From assembly GCF_001458695.1 (NCBI RefSeq), contig NZ_LN885086.1, positions 2,340,001 to 2,372,000 of the forward strand: DNA of 32,000 nt, given 5' to 3'. This stretch comes from Candidatus Nitrospira inopinata (GTDB lineage: Bacteria; Nitrospirota; Nitrospiria; Nitrospirales; Nitrospiraceae). The notes beneath the pieces are model-generated. The model made no database searches, was not told the DNA's origin, and saw nothing but the letters and a program-made list of their open reading frames with translations. The translations under genes and the position numbers were made by a program. The stretch's first letter is position 1, and each line of letters starts with the position of its first letter. Below are positions 15,884 through 24,967 of this stretch, in pieces.

Positions 15884-16555
15884 ATGATGAGTCGCCGAAT
15901 TCGCCATCAAGTGGCGTATGCGCTGTCGAGCGAGAAGCCGGCTTCGATTTTTAGGAAGATGTGGCTTCGTCTCAAGCACGATTGCTACATTTCTCTCAAA
16001 GCCGATATCTTCCATGCCGACAGAATCGTCTTGGATCAGGGGGTCTACATCTATCAGTACGCCATGCTCAATTTGAACTCCCGTCACTCCAAATATTCCC
16101 CCAGTATCAAAATAGGGAGGCATTCTCGGGTCCTACCCTACGCTAAAATTATTCCACAGGAAGGATTCGTCAACATCGGCGCTCACTGCACAATTCAATA
16201 TGGTTGCCTGTTGTACGGAGTAGGGGGCCTGGAGATAGGCGACAACGCGAGAATCGCGGCTCATACCGTCATCAGCCCGATGAATCACATTTATGCGGAC
16301 CCCGATACGCCGATCTGGAAGCAAGGCGAGACCGCTATAGGGATTAAGATCGGAAACGACGTGTGGATCGGAAACGGTGCAAAAATTCTCGATGGGGTCA
16401 CAATCGGGGATGGGTGTGTAATTGGGGCGGGCAGTGTCGTGACCAAGAGTATCCCTCCCTTCTCGGTGGCCGTGGGTGTTCCGGCAAGAGTCATCAAGCA
16501 ACGGAGGTCACCCGTGCAATCGGACTCGCCTCGGCAGCATAGCTTCTCTTCATAG
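15884..16555 (+). CDS. Left-handed beta-helix (hexapeptide-repeat) acetyltransferase
   Basis: Tandem hexapeptide repeats: IGDNARIAAHTVI and IKIGNDVWIGNGAKILDGVTIGDGCVIGAGSVVTKSIPPFSVAVGVPARVIK. Confidence 0.85.
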   Translation: MMSRRIRHQVAYALSSEKPASIFRKMWLRLKHDCYISLKADIFHADRIVLDQGVYIYQYAMLNLNSRHSKYSPSIKIGRHSRVLPYAKIIPQEGFVNIGAHCTIQYGCLLYGVGGLEIGDNARIAAHTVISPMNHIYADPDTPIWKQGETAIGIKIGNDVWIGNGAKILDGVTIGDGCVIGAGSVVTKSIPPFSVAVGVPARVIKQRRSPVQSDSPRQHSFSS

Positions 16556-16569
16556 TTCGTAGAGACAGA

Positions 16570-17799
16570 ATGCCGCATACCATTCTCTATCTGGAGCGAA
16601 ATAGAGACGGAACCATCGGAGGTTCTTATCGATCGCTTCTCTATCTCATCCAACTGCTTGACAGGCAAAGATACCACCCCATCGTAGTGTTTTACCGGGA
16701 TCATCACCTGGTCGAGGAATTTCGTAAAGCAGGTTGCAAGGTCTTGTTGCTTGGCTATCCGGACGCAATTCGATTTGTCGGTGGTGGAGAAGCTGGTGAC
16801 AATCTTGCCGGGAGATATCTTCGCGGGGTGATGCTGTTGCTCCAGAAGATCGTGAATTTTTTCCACGGGACCATACAGGTGTTCGTGAGAGACCTGCTTT
16901 TGCTGGTACGGGAACGGGTGCATCTCGTGCATTTGAATAACGGCATGTTGACTGAGCCGGAGCTGCTGATCGCCGCAAAATTGCTCGGTGTCAAGACGGT
17001 CGTTCATCAACGTGGGATCGGACCGCTGCCCGGATCGGTCGGATGGCTGGCCAGGTTGGTCGATCATGTGGTTTGTGTCTCGGATGCGGCGAGGCTCAAT
17101 CTCATTCAGCAGGGAGTTCCGTCGGAAAAATGCACGACGGTTCACAATGGAATTGATCCTGAGAAATTCCTGGAAGGGATCAAGCGGAGTCCCGAAGAAA
17201 TCCGAAAGGAAATCGGTATCGATGAGGGCTGTCCGATCATCGGCGTGGCGGGAATGATCAGAGGATGGAAGGGGCAGCTTGTTCTTGTGAAAGCCATGGC
17301 GGAGATCAGCAAAAAGCATCCCAATGCGCGGTGCTTGATCATTGGAGGGATCTCCGATCAGAACCCGTTCGACAAAGCATATCTTGAGGAGATTCAGAAT
17401 TTTATCCGTGATCACCGTCTTGAGCCATGGGTCAAGATCATCGATTATCAGCCGCGGATCGCGGAGTACATGCAGATTTTCGACATCATGGTGCACACGG
17501 CGATTGATCCGGAACCGTTCAGCCGGTCGGTGCTTGAGGGAATGACGTTGGGACGAGCCATGATCGCAACCCGTACCGGCGGAACGCCGGAAGCGATCGA
17601 AGACGATGTATCCGGCATTCTCGTGCCTCCAAATGATCCCGCCGCCTTGGCGGATCAAGTCATCAGGCTGCTGGCCGATGAGGCGTTCCGTGTACGGTTG
17701 GGGAGGCAAGCTCAAACCCGCATTCGCAAGCATTTTCAGATTGATGGAAACGTCAAGGCGACCATGCGAGTGTATGAGTCGCTTTTGGGCCAAGAGTGA
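16570..17799 (+). CDS. Family-4 (GT-B) glycosyltransferase
   Basis: EX7E-type motif EPFSRSVLEGMTLGRAMIATRTGGTPEAIEDDVSGILVPPND. The N-terminal domain has GGSYRSLLYL. Confidence 0.85.
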   Translation: MPHTILYLERNRDGTIGGSYRSLLYLIQLLDRQRYHPIVVFYRDHHLVEEFRKAGCKVLLLGYPDAIRFVGGGEAGDNLAGRYLRGVMLLLQKIVNFFHGTIQVFVRDLLLLVRERVHLVHLNNGMLTEPELLIAAKLLGVKTVVHQRGIGPLPGSVGWLARLVDHVVCVSDAARLNLIQQGVPSEKCTTVHNGIDPEKFLEGIKRSPEEIRKEIGIDEGCPIIGVAGMIRGWKGQLVLVKAMAEISKKHPNARCLIIGGISDQNPFDKAYLEEIQNFIRDHRLEPWVKIIDYQPRIAEYMQIFDIMVHTAIDPEPFSRSVLEGMTLGRAMIATRTGGTPEAIEDDVSGILVPPNDPAALADQVIRLLADEAFRVRLGRQAQTRIRKHFQIDGNVKATMRVYESLLGQE

Positions 17800-17841
17800 T
17801 GAGCAAGCAGGTCTCAGGAAGAAAAACGAGATAAGCGTTCA

Positions 17842-19284
17842 ATGGCGGTGGAGTCAAAAAAGATCGTCGGAGGGTTCGGGTGGATCACGTTGGTGAAGTA
17901 CTCGAACGACATCCTTGGTTTTCTCACGACGCTGCTTTTGGCGAAGCTGCTCGTGCCGGAAGACTTTGGATTGGTGGCCGTGGCCGGCATGGTCATCGAA
18001 GCGTTGCGGATCTTCAAGGACCTGGGGCTGAGTCAAGCCTTGATTTATCGACAAGACGACGTCGAACGGGCCAGCCATACGATGTTCATCATGGTGATCG
18101 CGCTCAACGTCGTCGTGTTTTTGTGCGCGGTTCTCATCTCTCCGCTGGCCGGGCGATTCTTTAATAATCCGGGCGTCGTTCCGATTATCGCGATCATGGC
18201 GTCCAACCTGATCTGGACCTCTATCAGGGCTGTGCCTGACGCCTTGATGAACAAGGAGCTGTCTTTCAAGAAGCTCGTCGTTCCGGATATTATTCCCGTC
18301 GGAATCGGCTCCATCGTCAGCATTGCCATGGCCTATCAAGGGTTCGGAGTGTGGAGCTTGGTCGTGCGCTCCCTGATCATTTCCATAGGCGGCATGATCT
18401 TGATTTGGCCCTACACTTCCTACCGACCGGCCTTTCAGTTTGATCGAGCGGTCGCTCGCGAGTTAATGAACTATGGAAAACACATCGTGGGATCTTCCGT
18501 CGTGATGGTCGCCGTATACAACGTCGATAAGTTTTTTATCAGCAAGTTTGTCGGCGTGGCGGCCCTTGGTCTCTATACCATGGCCGTTCACATTGCCAAT
18601 TTGCCGATCAATCAATTCGCCCATATCGTCTGCCGATTGATGTTTCCGGTCTTTTCAAAAATGAATCGAGAGTCCGAGGTTTTGAAGCACTCGTTTCTTC
18701 AAACGATTCGATATACCACCTGCGTTACGTTTCCTATGGCCATAGGCATCGCAATCTATGGACCGGATGCGATTGATGCGTTCTACGGCGATAAATGGTC
18801 TGCCGTGGGGCTGCCGCTCCAAATTCTTACAGGCTACGCCTTATGCCGATCGCTGAGCGTGATCATTTACGAGATGTTCAAGGCTACAGGAAGACCGGAT
18901 TTAATGCAGTTTTTTGTCTTGGTGCGGTTGGCGTTGATCGGTCTTTTGGGAATCCCGGCTCTCTTATGGCTTGGGCTCCCGGGAATTTGCTGGCTGATTA
19001 CCGGTACATATGCAATTGTCCTGGCGTTGGAGGTTAAGAAGGTGGCGGCGGATCTCAAAATTTCAGGCGGCGAATTTATGAGGGCGTTGGGGCTCCCGGT
19101 GCTATTATCGGCTAGCCTTATCCCCGCCGTCTATTGGGCGGTCCTGGTTGGTTTCGGTTCCATGGGCCTCTTTCAGGTGATAGGCGGGATTGTTGTGACA
19201 GGCGCTTTGTATTCAGCCGCCGTCGTCTTGCTGGACAGGGTCCTCGTGGCCGAGGCGAAAAAGGTTCTGTTTTCCACCGCATAG
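17842..19284 (+). CDS. wzx: Wzx-type polysaccharide flippase (MOP superfamily)
   Basis: 480 aa, about 12-14 hydrophobic segments. N-terminus ITLVKYSNDILGFLTTLLLAKLLVPEDFGLVAVAGMV is typical of polysaccharide biosynthesis/flippase proteins. Confidence 0.8.
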   Translation: MAVESKKIVGGFGWITLVKYSNDILGFLTTLLLAKLLVPEDFGLVAVAGMVIEALRIFKDLGLSQALIYRQDDVERASHTMFIMVIALNVVVFLCAVLISPLAGRFFNNPGVVPIIAIMASNLIWTSIRAVPDALMNKELSFKKLVVPDIIPVGIGSIVSIAMAYQGFGVWSLVVRSLIISIGGMILIWPYTSYRPAFQFDRAVARELMNYGKHIVGSSVVMVAVYNVDKFFISKFVGVAALGLYTMAVHIANLPINQFAHIVCRLMFPVFSKMNRESEVLKHSFLQTIRYTTCVTFPMAIGIAIYGPDAIDAFYGDKWSAVGLPLQILTGYALCRSLSVIIYEMFKATGRPDLMQFFVLVRLALIGLLGIPALLWLGLPGICWLITGTYAIVLALEVKKVAADLKISGGEFMRALGLPVLLSASLIPAVYWAVLVGFGSMGLFQVIGGIVVTGALYSAAVVLLDRVLVAEAKKVLFSTA

Positions 19285-19357
19285 ATATTTCAGAGAAGAT
19301 CGGTTCGTGATTTCTTGCCGTATCCTACGCGCGATGAAAACCGGAGTGTGACCTCAA

Positions 19358-20473
19358 ATGCCTGATTGGCTGATTAAAATTCTGTTGACCGTCTACACGA
19401 AAATTCCTCCCGCGCTGAGACCTACACTCAAGGAGCTGTTTGTCAAAAGCACCTTGCGAGTAGAATCGCTGGCCAAACGACGGCAGATCGTTCAAGGGAA
19501 GCGGGTTGAGTTTTTAGACTTCGAGATCGCGCATCTTCTCCCCTATGAACTGCTTGGACCAGGACCAGACGAAGTGTTGGTCGAGGCGGAGTGCAGCCTC
19601 ATCAGTCCGGGAACCGAACGAGCCGTGCTCTGCGGACTTCCCGGCGCGCGCAGGAGCTTCCCCTACGTGCCGGGGTACTCTACGGCCGGGAAAGTCGTCA
19701 AAAAAGGCGGCGCGGTTAAGGGGATTGAACTCGGCGATCGAGTCACGGGGCGTATCAAGCATGCCAGTCACGAGACGGCCGTTGCGAACAAGCTCTTCAA
19801 GGTGCCGTCCGGTGTCACCGCTGAAGAAGCAAGTTTTATAGAACTTGGTATCATCGTGCTTCAGGGAATCAGAAAAGCCGCCATCAGACCAGGCGAACGG
19901 GTGGCGATCGTCGGACAGGGCTTGATCGGCCAGCTCTCGAACCGGTTGGCTCGTCTTCTCACGCCGGCTTTGATCATTGCCGTCGCTCCGAGCCGAAATC
20001 GAGAACGATTGGCGATGCTGCCCGGCGGCGTTGATCGATATTTATCTCTACAAGAAGATCCTTCCTGCGTGTACGACATCGACGCTGACGTGGTCATCGA
20101 AGCGGTCGGTACGCCTCAGGCGAATATCACGGCGATGCATTGTGCCCGTGAGGGGGGGCGAGTCGTCCTGCTTGGCAGCTCGCGCGGCTTGACACGGGAT
20201 TTGGATATGTGGAGCGCGGCTCAAAAGAGAAATTTGACGGTAATCGGAGCCCACATCAGCGACATGCCGGAGAAAGACGCAAGCCCGCAGCGTTGGACCT
20301 ATGAGCAAGAGGGCAAACTGTTCCTTGAACTGTTGCAAACGGGCCGATTGAAAGTGGCGGATTTGATCACCTGGCGGGCCAAACCGGAAGAATGTAATGC
20401 CGTGTACGAGGTGCTGGCGGAGGGAGGGCGCGATCACGTGGGAGTGACGTTCAACTGGACGATCAAAGAATAG
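19358..20473 (+). CDS. Medium-chain dehydrogenase/reductase (MDR, alcohol-dehydrogenase-like) oxidoreductase
   Basis: LISPGTERA, PGYSTAGKVV, GDRVTG, Rossmann RVAIVGQGLIGQL, VVIEAVGTP, GGRVVLLGS. An N-terminal extension of about 45 aa precedes the MDR core. Confidence 0.7.
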   Translation: MPDWLIKILLTVYTKIPPALRPTLKELFVKSTLRVESLAKRRQIVQGKRVEFLDFEIAHLLPYELLGPGPDEVLVEAECSLISPGTERAVLCGLPGARRSFPYVPGYSTAGKVVKKGGAVKGIELGDRVTGRIKHASHETAVANKLFKVPSGVTAEEASFIELGIIVLQGIRKAAIRPGERVAIVGQGLIGQLSNRLARLLTPALIIAVAPSRNRERLAMLPGGVDRYLSLQEDPSCVYDIDADVVIEAVGTPQANITAMHCAREGGRVVLLGSSRGLTRDLDMWSAAQKRNLTVIGAHISDMPEKDASPQRWTYEQEGKLFLELLQTGRLKVADLITWRAKPEECNAVYEVLAEGGRDHVGVTFNWTIKE

Positions 20474-20538
20474 CGCGATGATGAATCGGTCCGGCTAGTG
20501 GGGGGAGGAGTCTGTTTCGGGATTATGGGGGAGGAGCC

Positions 20539-21591
20539 ATGGAGCCTTTACGAATCGGCATTGTGGGGGCAGGCGCGATTGCGCAGCGGAATGCAAAGGA
20601 AGCCGCTGCGTCCGGGGCGGCAAAGATCGCGGGCGTGTTTGATCTGAACCATAAAGTGGCCCGAGACATGGCCAAGGCGCTGTCCGCGCCGTTCTTTCCG
20701 AGTTATGAATCGTTGCTTGCGAGTTCGGACGTGGAGGCGGTTCTCCTTTCCGTTCCCCATTATCTCCACAAAAGCATGACCATAGAGGCGGCCTCTCGCG
20801 GAAAACACGTGCTTGTCGAGAAGCCAATGGCCAACAGCCTTGATGAAGCGAGAGAAATGATCGCCTGCTGCGAGAAAAACGGTGTCCAACTCACAGTCAA
20901 CTATAGTTTCCGATATTTGCCGAAGATTCAAAAGGCCAGGCAATTGATCCAAGACGGAGCGGTCGGCGATATCACGGGTATTCAGATCATCGCGCATCAA
21001 TTCAAGGATCGAGGCTACTGGAGCGGGGCTAGAAGCAACTCTCCCGACGACTGGCGGGCCTCGAAGGAGAAATGCGGCGGGGGATTTCTCATCATGAATG
21101 TGTGCCACGTGATCGACTATCTCTATTTTGTAACCGGGTTGAAGGGGTCTCGCGTGTACAGCGAATACGCGACGCTGGGCTCGCCTGCGGAAGTGGAAGA
21201 CATCATCAGCGTCACCGTGCGACTGTCCAACGGGGGGATCGGCTCGATCAGTGCCAGCTCAATCATGCGGGGAGCCGATCAGGCGGAAGAACGGATCTGG
21301 GGAACGAAGGGAACCATTATTTTAGACGGAGAGGGGCTGTCGCTCTATTCCACAAGACCTATCGACGGTAAGAGACCGGGCAAGCTGTTCCGCTACGCGA
21401 AATTTCCGAACGTGAGCTGGACGGCTGAATGGGTCAAAGGCTTTGCCGCATCGGTTCGCCAAGGAACAAAACCGGATATCTCCGACCGGGAAGGATGGGA
21501 CAATCTCGCGTTCATCTCCGCAGCCTATCAATCGATGGAAAAGGGAAGACCCATGGAAGTCACTCCCTTCCCTGAGCACGGAATGTCGTGA
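20539..21591 (+). CDS. Gfo/Idh/MocA-family NAD(P)-dependent sugar oxidoreductase
   Basis: LRIGIVGAGAIAQRNA Rossmann N-terminus and the HVLVEKPMANSLDEAREM (EKP) motif. A strong purine-rich SD (GGGGGAGGAG, 20527-20536) lies just upstream. Confidence 0.85.
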   Translation: MEPLRIGIVGAGAIAQRNAKEAAASGAAKIAGVFDLNHKVARDMAKALSAPFFPSYESLLASSDVEAVLLSVPHYLHKSMTIEAASRGKHVLVEKPMANSLDEAREMIACCEKNGVQLTVNYSFRYLPKIQKARQLIQDGAVGDITGIQIIAHQFKDRGYWSGARSNSPDDWRASKEKCGGGFLIMNVCHVIDYLYFVTGLKGSRVYSEYATLGSPAEVEDIISVTVRLSNGGIGSISASSIMRGADQAEERIWGTKGTIILDGEGLSLYSTRPIDGKRPGKLFRYAKFPNVSWTAEWVKGFAASVRQGTKPDISDREGWDNLAFISAAYQSMEKGRPMEVTPFPEHGMS

Positions 21592-22391
21592 GCCTGACGA
21601 TGCAAAACCACATGCTTGAAATTATCGTCGAAAAAACGTCGCGGTCATTGATTGCGGCTATGACGGATCCGCCAGACTATGGAGTCGCACGGGTCGTGGG
21701 AAGCAATGGAGGATACGTGAAAAGCGGGGGAGCATCACACGTGCTCACAACGGTCACTGGGCCGCGGTCCTCCATAATCACCGTGCCGGAGGGCGAATGC
21801 GTCCCCGTACCGCCATCGCTCGGCGGAGACGAGGCATTGCTTGCCGTTCCGCTCGCTGCGGCGTTGAGCGTGTGGGACCGTCTCCAACTGGAGCTGGGAG
21901 AAATCGCCGTCTATACGGAGGGAAATATATTGGCAGACCTGATCGGACAGGTTGCCGTCTGGCGAGGCGGCTGTCCGGTGGTTCGTCTAGACAGCGATCC
22001 CGAATGGGCGCCGTTGAATATGGGAGAACGTCTGTCGATAGCCGATCCGGAAGAGGCGCTGCGTCATCTTCAAAAGCGCGTTCACGACAAACCGGGATTT
22101 ACCGCCGTTGATTTGAGCGGGCGACCGGAAATCATCGATCTTCTCTTGGAAGCGATGCCACGCTGGGGACGGCTGATGCTTGCCGGACGCACCCAAAAGC
22201 CTCTGACCGTGGATTTCTACAATAATGTCCATCGAAAGGGTGCGTTGCTGTTGTGCGAAGTGTTTGAGCCCGTCTCGGTATTTGAGAAAAGGGAACGTGA
22301 GGCATACCTCTCCACCGCGTTTCGGCTTCTGGAAAAAACGGAGATCGCCGAGGTCTGCTCCCGTCTGGTACCGGCGCATCGGTCAAGCTGA
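21588..22391 (+). CDS. Hypothetical protein; degenerate MDR-like domain lacking the glycine-rich dinucleotide motif
   Basis: GTG at 21588 overlaps the upstream TGA (GTGA); the alternative start is ATG 21600. EALLAVPLAAALSVWDRLQLELGEIAVYTEGNILADLIGQVAVWRGG aligns by eye to the substrate-to-cofactor domain junction of MDR enzymes. However, TEGNILAD sits where GxGxxG is expected. Confidence 0.35.
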   Translation: MSLTMQNHMLEIIVEKTSRSLIAAMTDPPDYGVARVVGSNGGYVKSGGASHVLTTVTGPRSSIITVPEGECVPVPPSLGGDEALLAVPLAAALSVWDRLQLELGEIAVYTEGNILADLIGQVAVWRGGCPVVRLDSDPEWAPLNMGERLSIADPEEALRHLQKRVHDKPGFTAVDLSGRPEIIDLLLEAMPRWGRLMLAGRTQKPLTVDFYNNVHRKGALLLCEVFEPVSVFEKREREAYLSTAFRLLEKTEIAEVCSRLVPAHRSS

Positions 22392-22506
22392 CAAGTTTGG
22401 CATGAGGACGTGGAAGCTTCTTGTGTCATCCTGATCCGAGAGCATCCTTGGAGCCTCTCCTTTCTCCTTTTATTGCTCCTGACGAGTATCGGAGGCATCA
22501 AACAAA

Positions 22507-23652
22507 GTGCACAAGAGCATGAAACCTGTTTTGGTCCTGCATCTGCGGGACACCTACGAAATCGGCGGGCCGGGAAAAACCATTCTTGAAACCTTTCGAG
22601 CCATCGATCAATGCAGATTTCAACTACACCTGGGTGTGTTCCTCAAACGAGGAGAAGCGCAAGATTCTCCCTTCATCAAAGAAGCCAAACATATCGGCAT
22701 GCCGGTTCATTTCATCATAGGCGACCACCAATATGACCCGCGCATGATTGTGAAAGTCAACGAGGTTGTGCGGAGCGAGAAGATCGATATCGTCCATGCA
22801 CACGAAGTGAAATCGGATGTAATTGCGTACCTTGCTTCAAGATTACAGCCAATTCCCATTGTCACGACGTTACATGGGTGGATTGGCAATAGTCCGAAAG
22901 GTCGGATGTTCATCGCGTTGGATAAACGCATTGTTCGAGGGTTCGATCGAGTGATTGCGGTCTCACGGCAGATCGAGCGGGATTTACTTGAGGCCGGAGT
23001 TCCGGAGAGCAAAATACGCCTTCTGCATAATGCGATCGTTGTCGAAAAATACCGGCGAACCGGAGCTCGCGGGGTCCTTCAAGAGGTGGTCGGCCGACCG
23101 GTGGAAAGTCCGGTCATCGCCAGCGTGGGGCGGCTGAGCCTTGAAAAAGGCCATGCTGATCTTATCGACGCCCTTGCGCTGGTGAAGAAAGCCGGTCATA
23201 AGGTGTCTCTTGTGTTGATCGGTGATGGGCCAGAGCGGCAATCCTTGGTGCGACAGATTGAAAAGCTTGGCTTGCAAGACTGTGTTCACTTGCCAGGTTA
23301 TGTTCAAACTCCGCAGCGGCTGCTCGAAGAAGTCGATCTGATGGTACTGCCGTCGCATACTGAGGGTTTGCCCAATGCGGCGTTGGAAGCTTTGCTGATG
23401 GAAGTACCCGTGTTAGCGACGAGAGTCGGTGGAACACCGGAAGTGATCACCGATGGAGAAACAGGCCGGCTGGTGGCGCCCCGCTCGCCATCCGAGCTGG
23501 CGGACGGCATTCTGGAATTTCTTGCTTCGCCGGAGAGTTGGAAGCAGATGGCGAGACGAGGAAAAAAAATGGTCGAGACCCATTTTGATTTTCGGGCGAG
23601 GACGCGCAAGCTGGAAGCAATTTATGAAGAGATGTTGAGAGAGCCGACTTAA
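22507..23652 (+). CDS. Family-4 (GT-B) glycosyltransferase
   Basis: GTG at 22507 (GGAGG at 22491-22495), or ATG at 22519. EX7E motif EGLPNAALEALLMEVPVLATRVGGTPEVITDGETGRLV. N-terminal EIGGPGKTIL. Confidence 0.85.
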   Translation: MHKSMKPVLVLHLRDTYEIGGPGKTILETFRAIDQCRFQLHLGVFLKRGEAQDSPFIKEAKHIGMPVHFIIGDHQYDPRMIVKVNEVVRSEKIDIVHAHEVKSDVIAYLASRLQPIPIVTTLHGWIGNSPKGRMFIALDKRIVRGFDRVIAVSRQIERDLLEAGVPESKIRLLHNAIVVEKYRRTGARGVLQEVVGRPVESPVIASVGRLSLEKGHADLIDALALVKKAGHKVSLVLIGDGPERQSLVRQIEKLGLQDCVHLPGYVQTPQRLLEEVDLMVLPSHTEGLPNAALEALLMEVPVLATRVGGTPEVITDGETGRLVAPRSPSELADGILEFLASPESWKQMARRGKKMVETHFDFRARTRKLEAIYEEMLREPT

Positions 23653-23656
23653 AACG

Positions 23657-24925
23657 ATGGTCTATTGGGGCATTCTTCTATTCTTTGCATTGGAATATAT
23701 CCGTCCGGGCAGCTATGTGCCAGCGTTGAACGCGCTGCACCTGAACTCGATCGTTCCGCTCTCCGTGTTTCTAGGCTCTCTTGTGAGTCGTGGGGTCAAG
23801 ATTGCAGATGTCTTGAACAGCCCCAACGCCCGCTGGATCGCGTATTTGCTGTTTCTGATCGTCATCTCAGGGCTGACCTGCGACGTCAAACAATATGCGC
23901 TCAATGTCTTTGAGATGGTATTGGGCTATTGCCTTGCCTATTTTTTTCTCAGAAAGGAAATCCATACCGTCAACAGGATGAGCGGAGTATTGGCAACGCT
24001 GGTCTTGGTTCACGTTGCCATTGGGCTTTTGACCCCAGAATTGTTCGCGGGGGACGGGGAACGCCACTACATTGCTTCCGGCGGGTTCTTGGGAGACGGC
24101 AATGATTTCGCTCTGTCGGTCAATATCACAATTCCGTTTTGTCTGTTTTTGATGCTGAACGCGCAAGGAAAAATTAAGAAGCTGTTTTTCGCCGGGCTGT
24201 TGTTCTTGCTGATCTTTGCGGTGGTTGCGACGCAATCGCGAGGAGGAATCCTTGCCCTGTCCAGCATCGGCTTTTACTATTGGCTTAAGAGTGAGAGAAA
24301 GATATTAGGAGTTATTGGGATTGGCATTGTGATCTTCTTTATTTTAGCCGTCGCTCCCGGTCAACTTTTTGACCGTTTGGCCACGCTGACCAAGACCGGT
24401 GAGGAAATGGAGGGATCCGCTCAGGGCAGAATCTTGGCATGGACGGCTGCGGTCAAAATGGCCGCCGACAACCCGTTGTTGGGAGGAGGAGTCGGCCATT
24501 TCCCCGTCAAGTACGGGGCTGAATATAGACCGGCTGGGTATGGGCTGAATGAAATCCCATGGCAAACGGCTCATTCATCTTATTTTCTTATTCTTGGAGA
24601 ATTGGGTCTTCCGGGTATCGTGTTTCTTGTGGGAATTATTGTCTCTAATTTAATGGCGAATAAGCGTATGCTGCGTGAATTGGGTCAAGGAGTGACTCAG
24701 CAGGCGATTGCGTGTAGGAATCTAGTGATCGCGCTCAATGCAAGCCTGATTGGTTTTGCGGTAGGGGGAGCATTTCTCTCAGCCGCATACTATCCGCACA
24801 TCTATATATTGGCGGCTCTGATGGAGTGCGGGCGTGATCTTTATAAAAAGTCGCTTGCCCCCAAGTCTGCTGCGGATCTCAGTGATCCGGCCCCCCAGCC
24901 GATCTATCGACAGGTACCAGCCTGA
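23657..24925 (+). CDS. Wzy_C / O-antigen-ligase-like polytopic membrane protein (polymerase or exosortase-associated O-glycosylation ligase)
   Basis: About 10-12 TM segments. VVATQSRGGILAL, loop GSAQGRILAWTAAVKMAADNPLLGGGVGHF and HSSYFLILGELGLPG are typical Wzy_C/O-antigen ligase blocks. Its start lies 4 nt after the upstream stop. Confidence 0.75.
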   Translation: MVYWGILLFFALEYIRPGSYVPALNALHLNSIVPLSVFLGSLVSRGVKIADVLNSPNARWIAYLLFLIVISGLTCDVKQYALNVFEMVLGYCLAYFFLRKEIHTVNRMSGVLATLVLVHVAIGLLTPELFAGDGERHYIASGGFLGDGNDFALSVNITIPFCLFLMLNAQGKIKKLFFAGLLFLLIFAVVATQSRGGILALSSIGFYYWLKSERKILGVIGIGIVIFFILAVAPGQLFDRLATLTKTGEEMEGSAQGRILAWTAAVKMAADNPLLGGGVGHFPVKYGAEYRPAGYGLNEIPWQTAHSSYFLILGELGLPGIVFLVGIIVSNLMANKRMLRELGQGVTQQAIACRNLVIALNASLIGFAVGGAFLSAAYYPHIYILAALMECGRDLYKKSLAPKSAADLSDPAPQPIYRQVPA

Positions 24926-24967
24926 TTAAAAGGTGTCGGCGACTGTGCCGATTCCAAGCGTATTGGT

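Noticed and set aside
16291-17793. A 500-aa ORF on the minus strand, the longest minus-strand ORF in the track.
   Set aside because: It lies exactly antisense to the GT4 gene 16570-17799, which has a clear EX7E motif and GT-B layout. Its translation is low-complexity (R/H/D/P-rich) with no recognisable motif. Long antisense ORFs are expected in GC-rich coding DNA.
20500-20536. A tandem purine-rich element, GGGGGGAGGAG (20500-20510) and GGGGGAGGAG (20527-20536), upstream of the Gfo/Idh/MocA gene.
   Set aside because: The second copy is simply the SD for ATG 20539. The first has no in-frame ATG/GTG/TTG start downstream (in-frame stop at 20482-20484, no start codon until 20539). The out-of-frame ATG at 20525 opens only a short ORF without support.
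22450-22474. A GGAG-CCT-CTCC hairpin followed by a T-rich tract, considered as a possible intrinsic terminator.
   Set aside because: The stem is only 4 bp with a 3-nt loop, and the T-tract is interrupted by C residues. It is far weaker than functional Rho-independent terminators.
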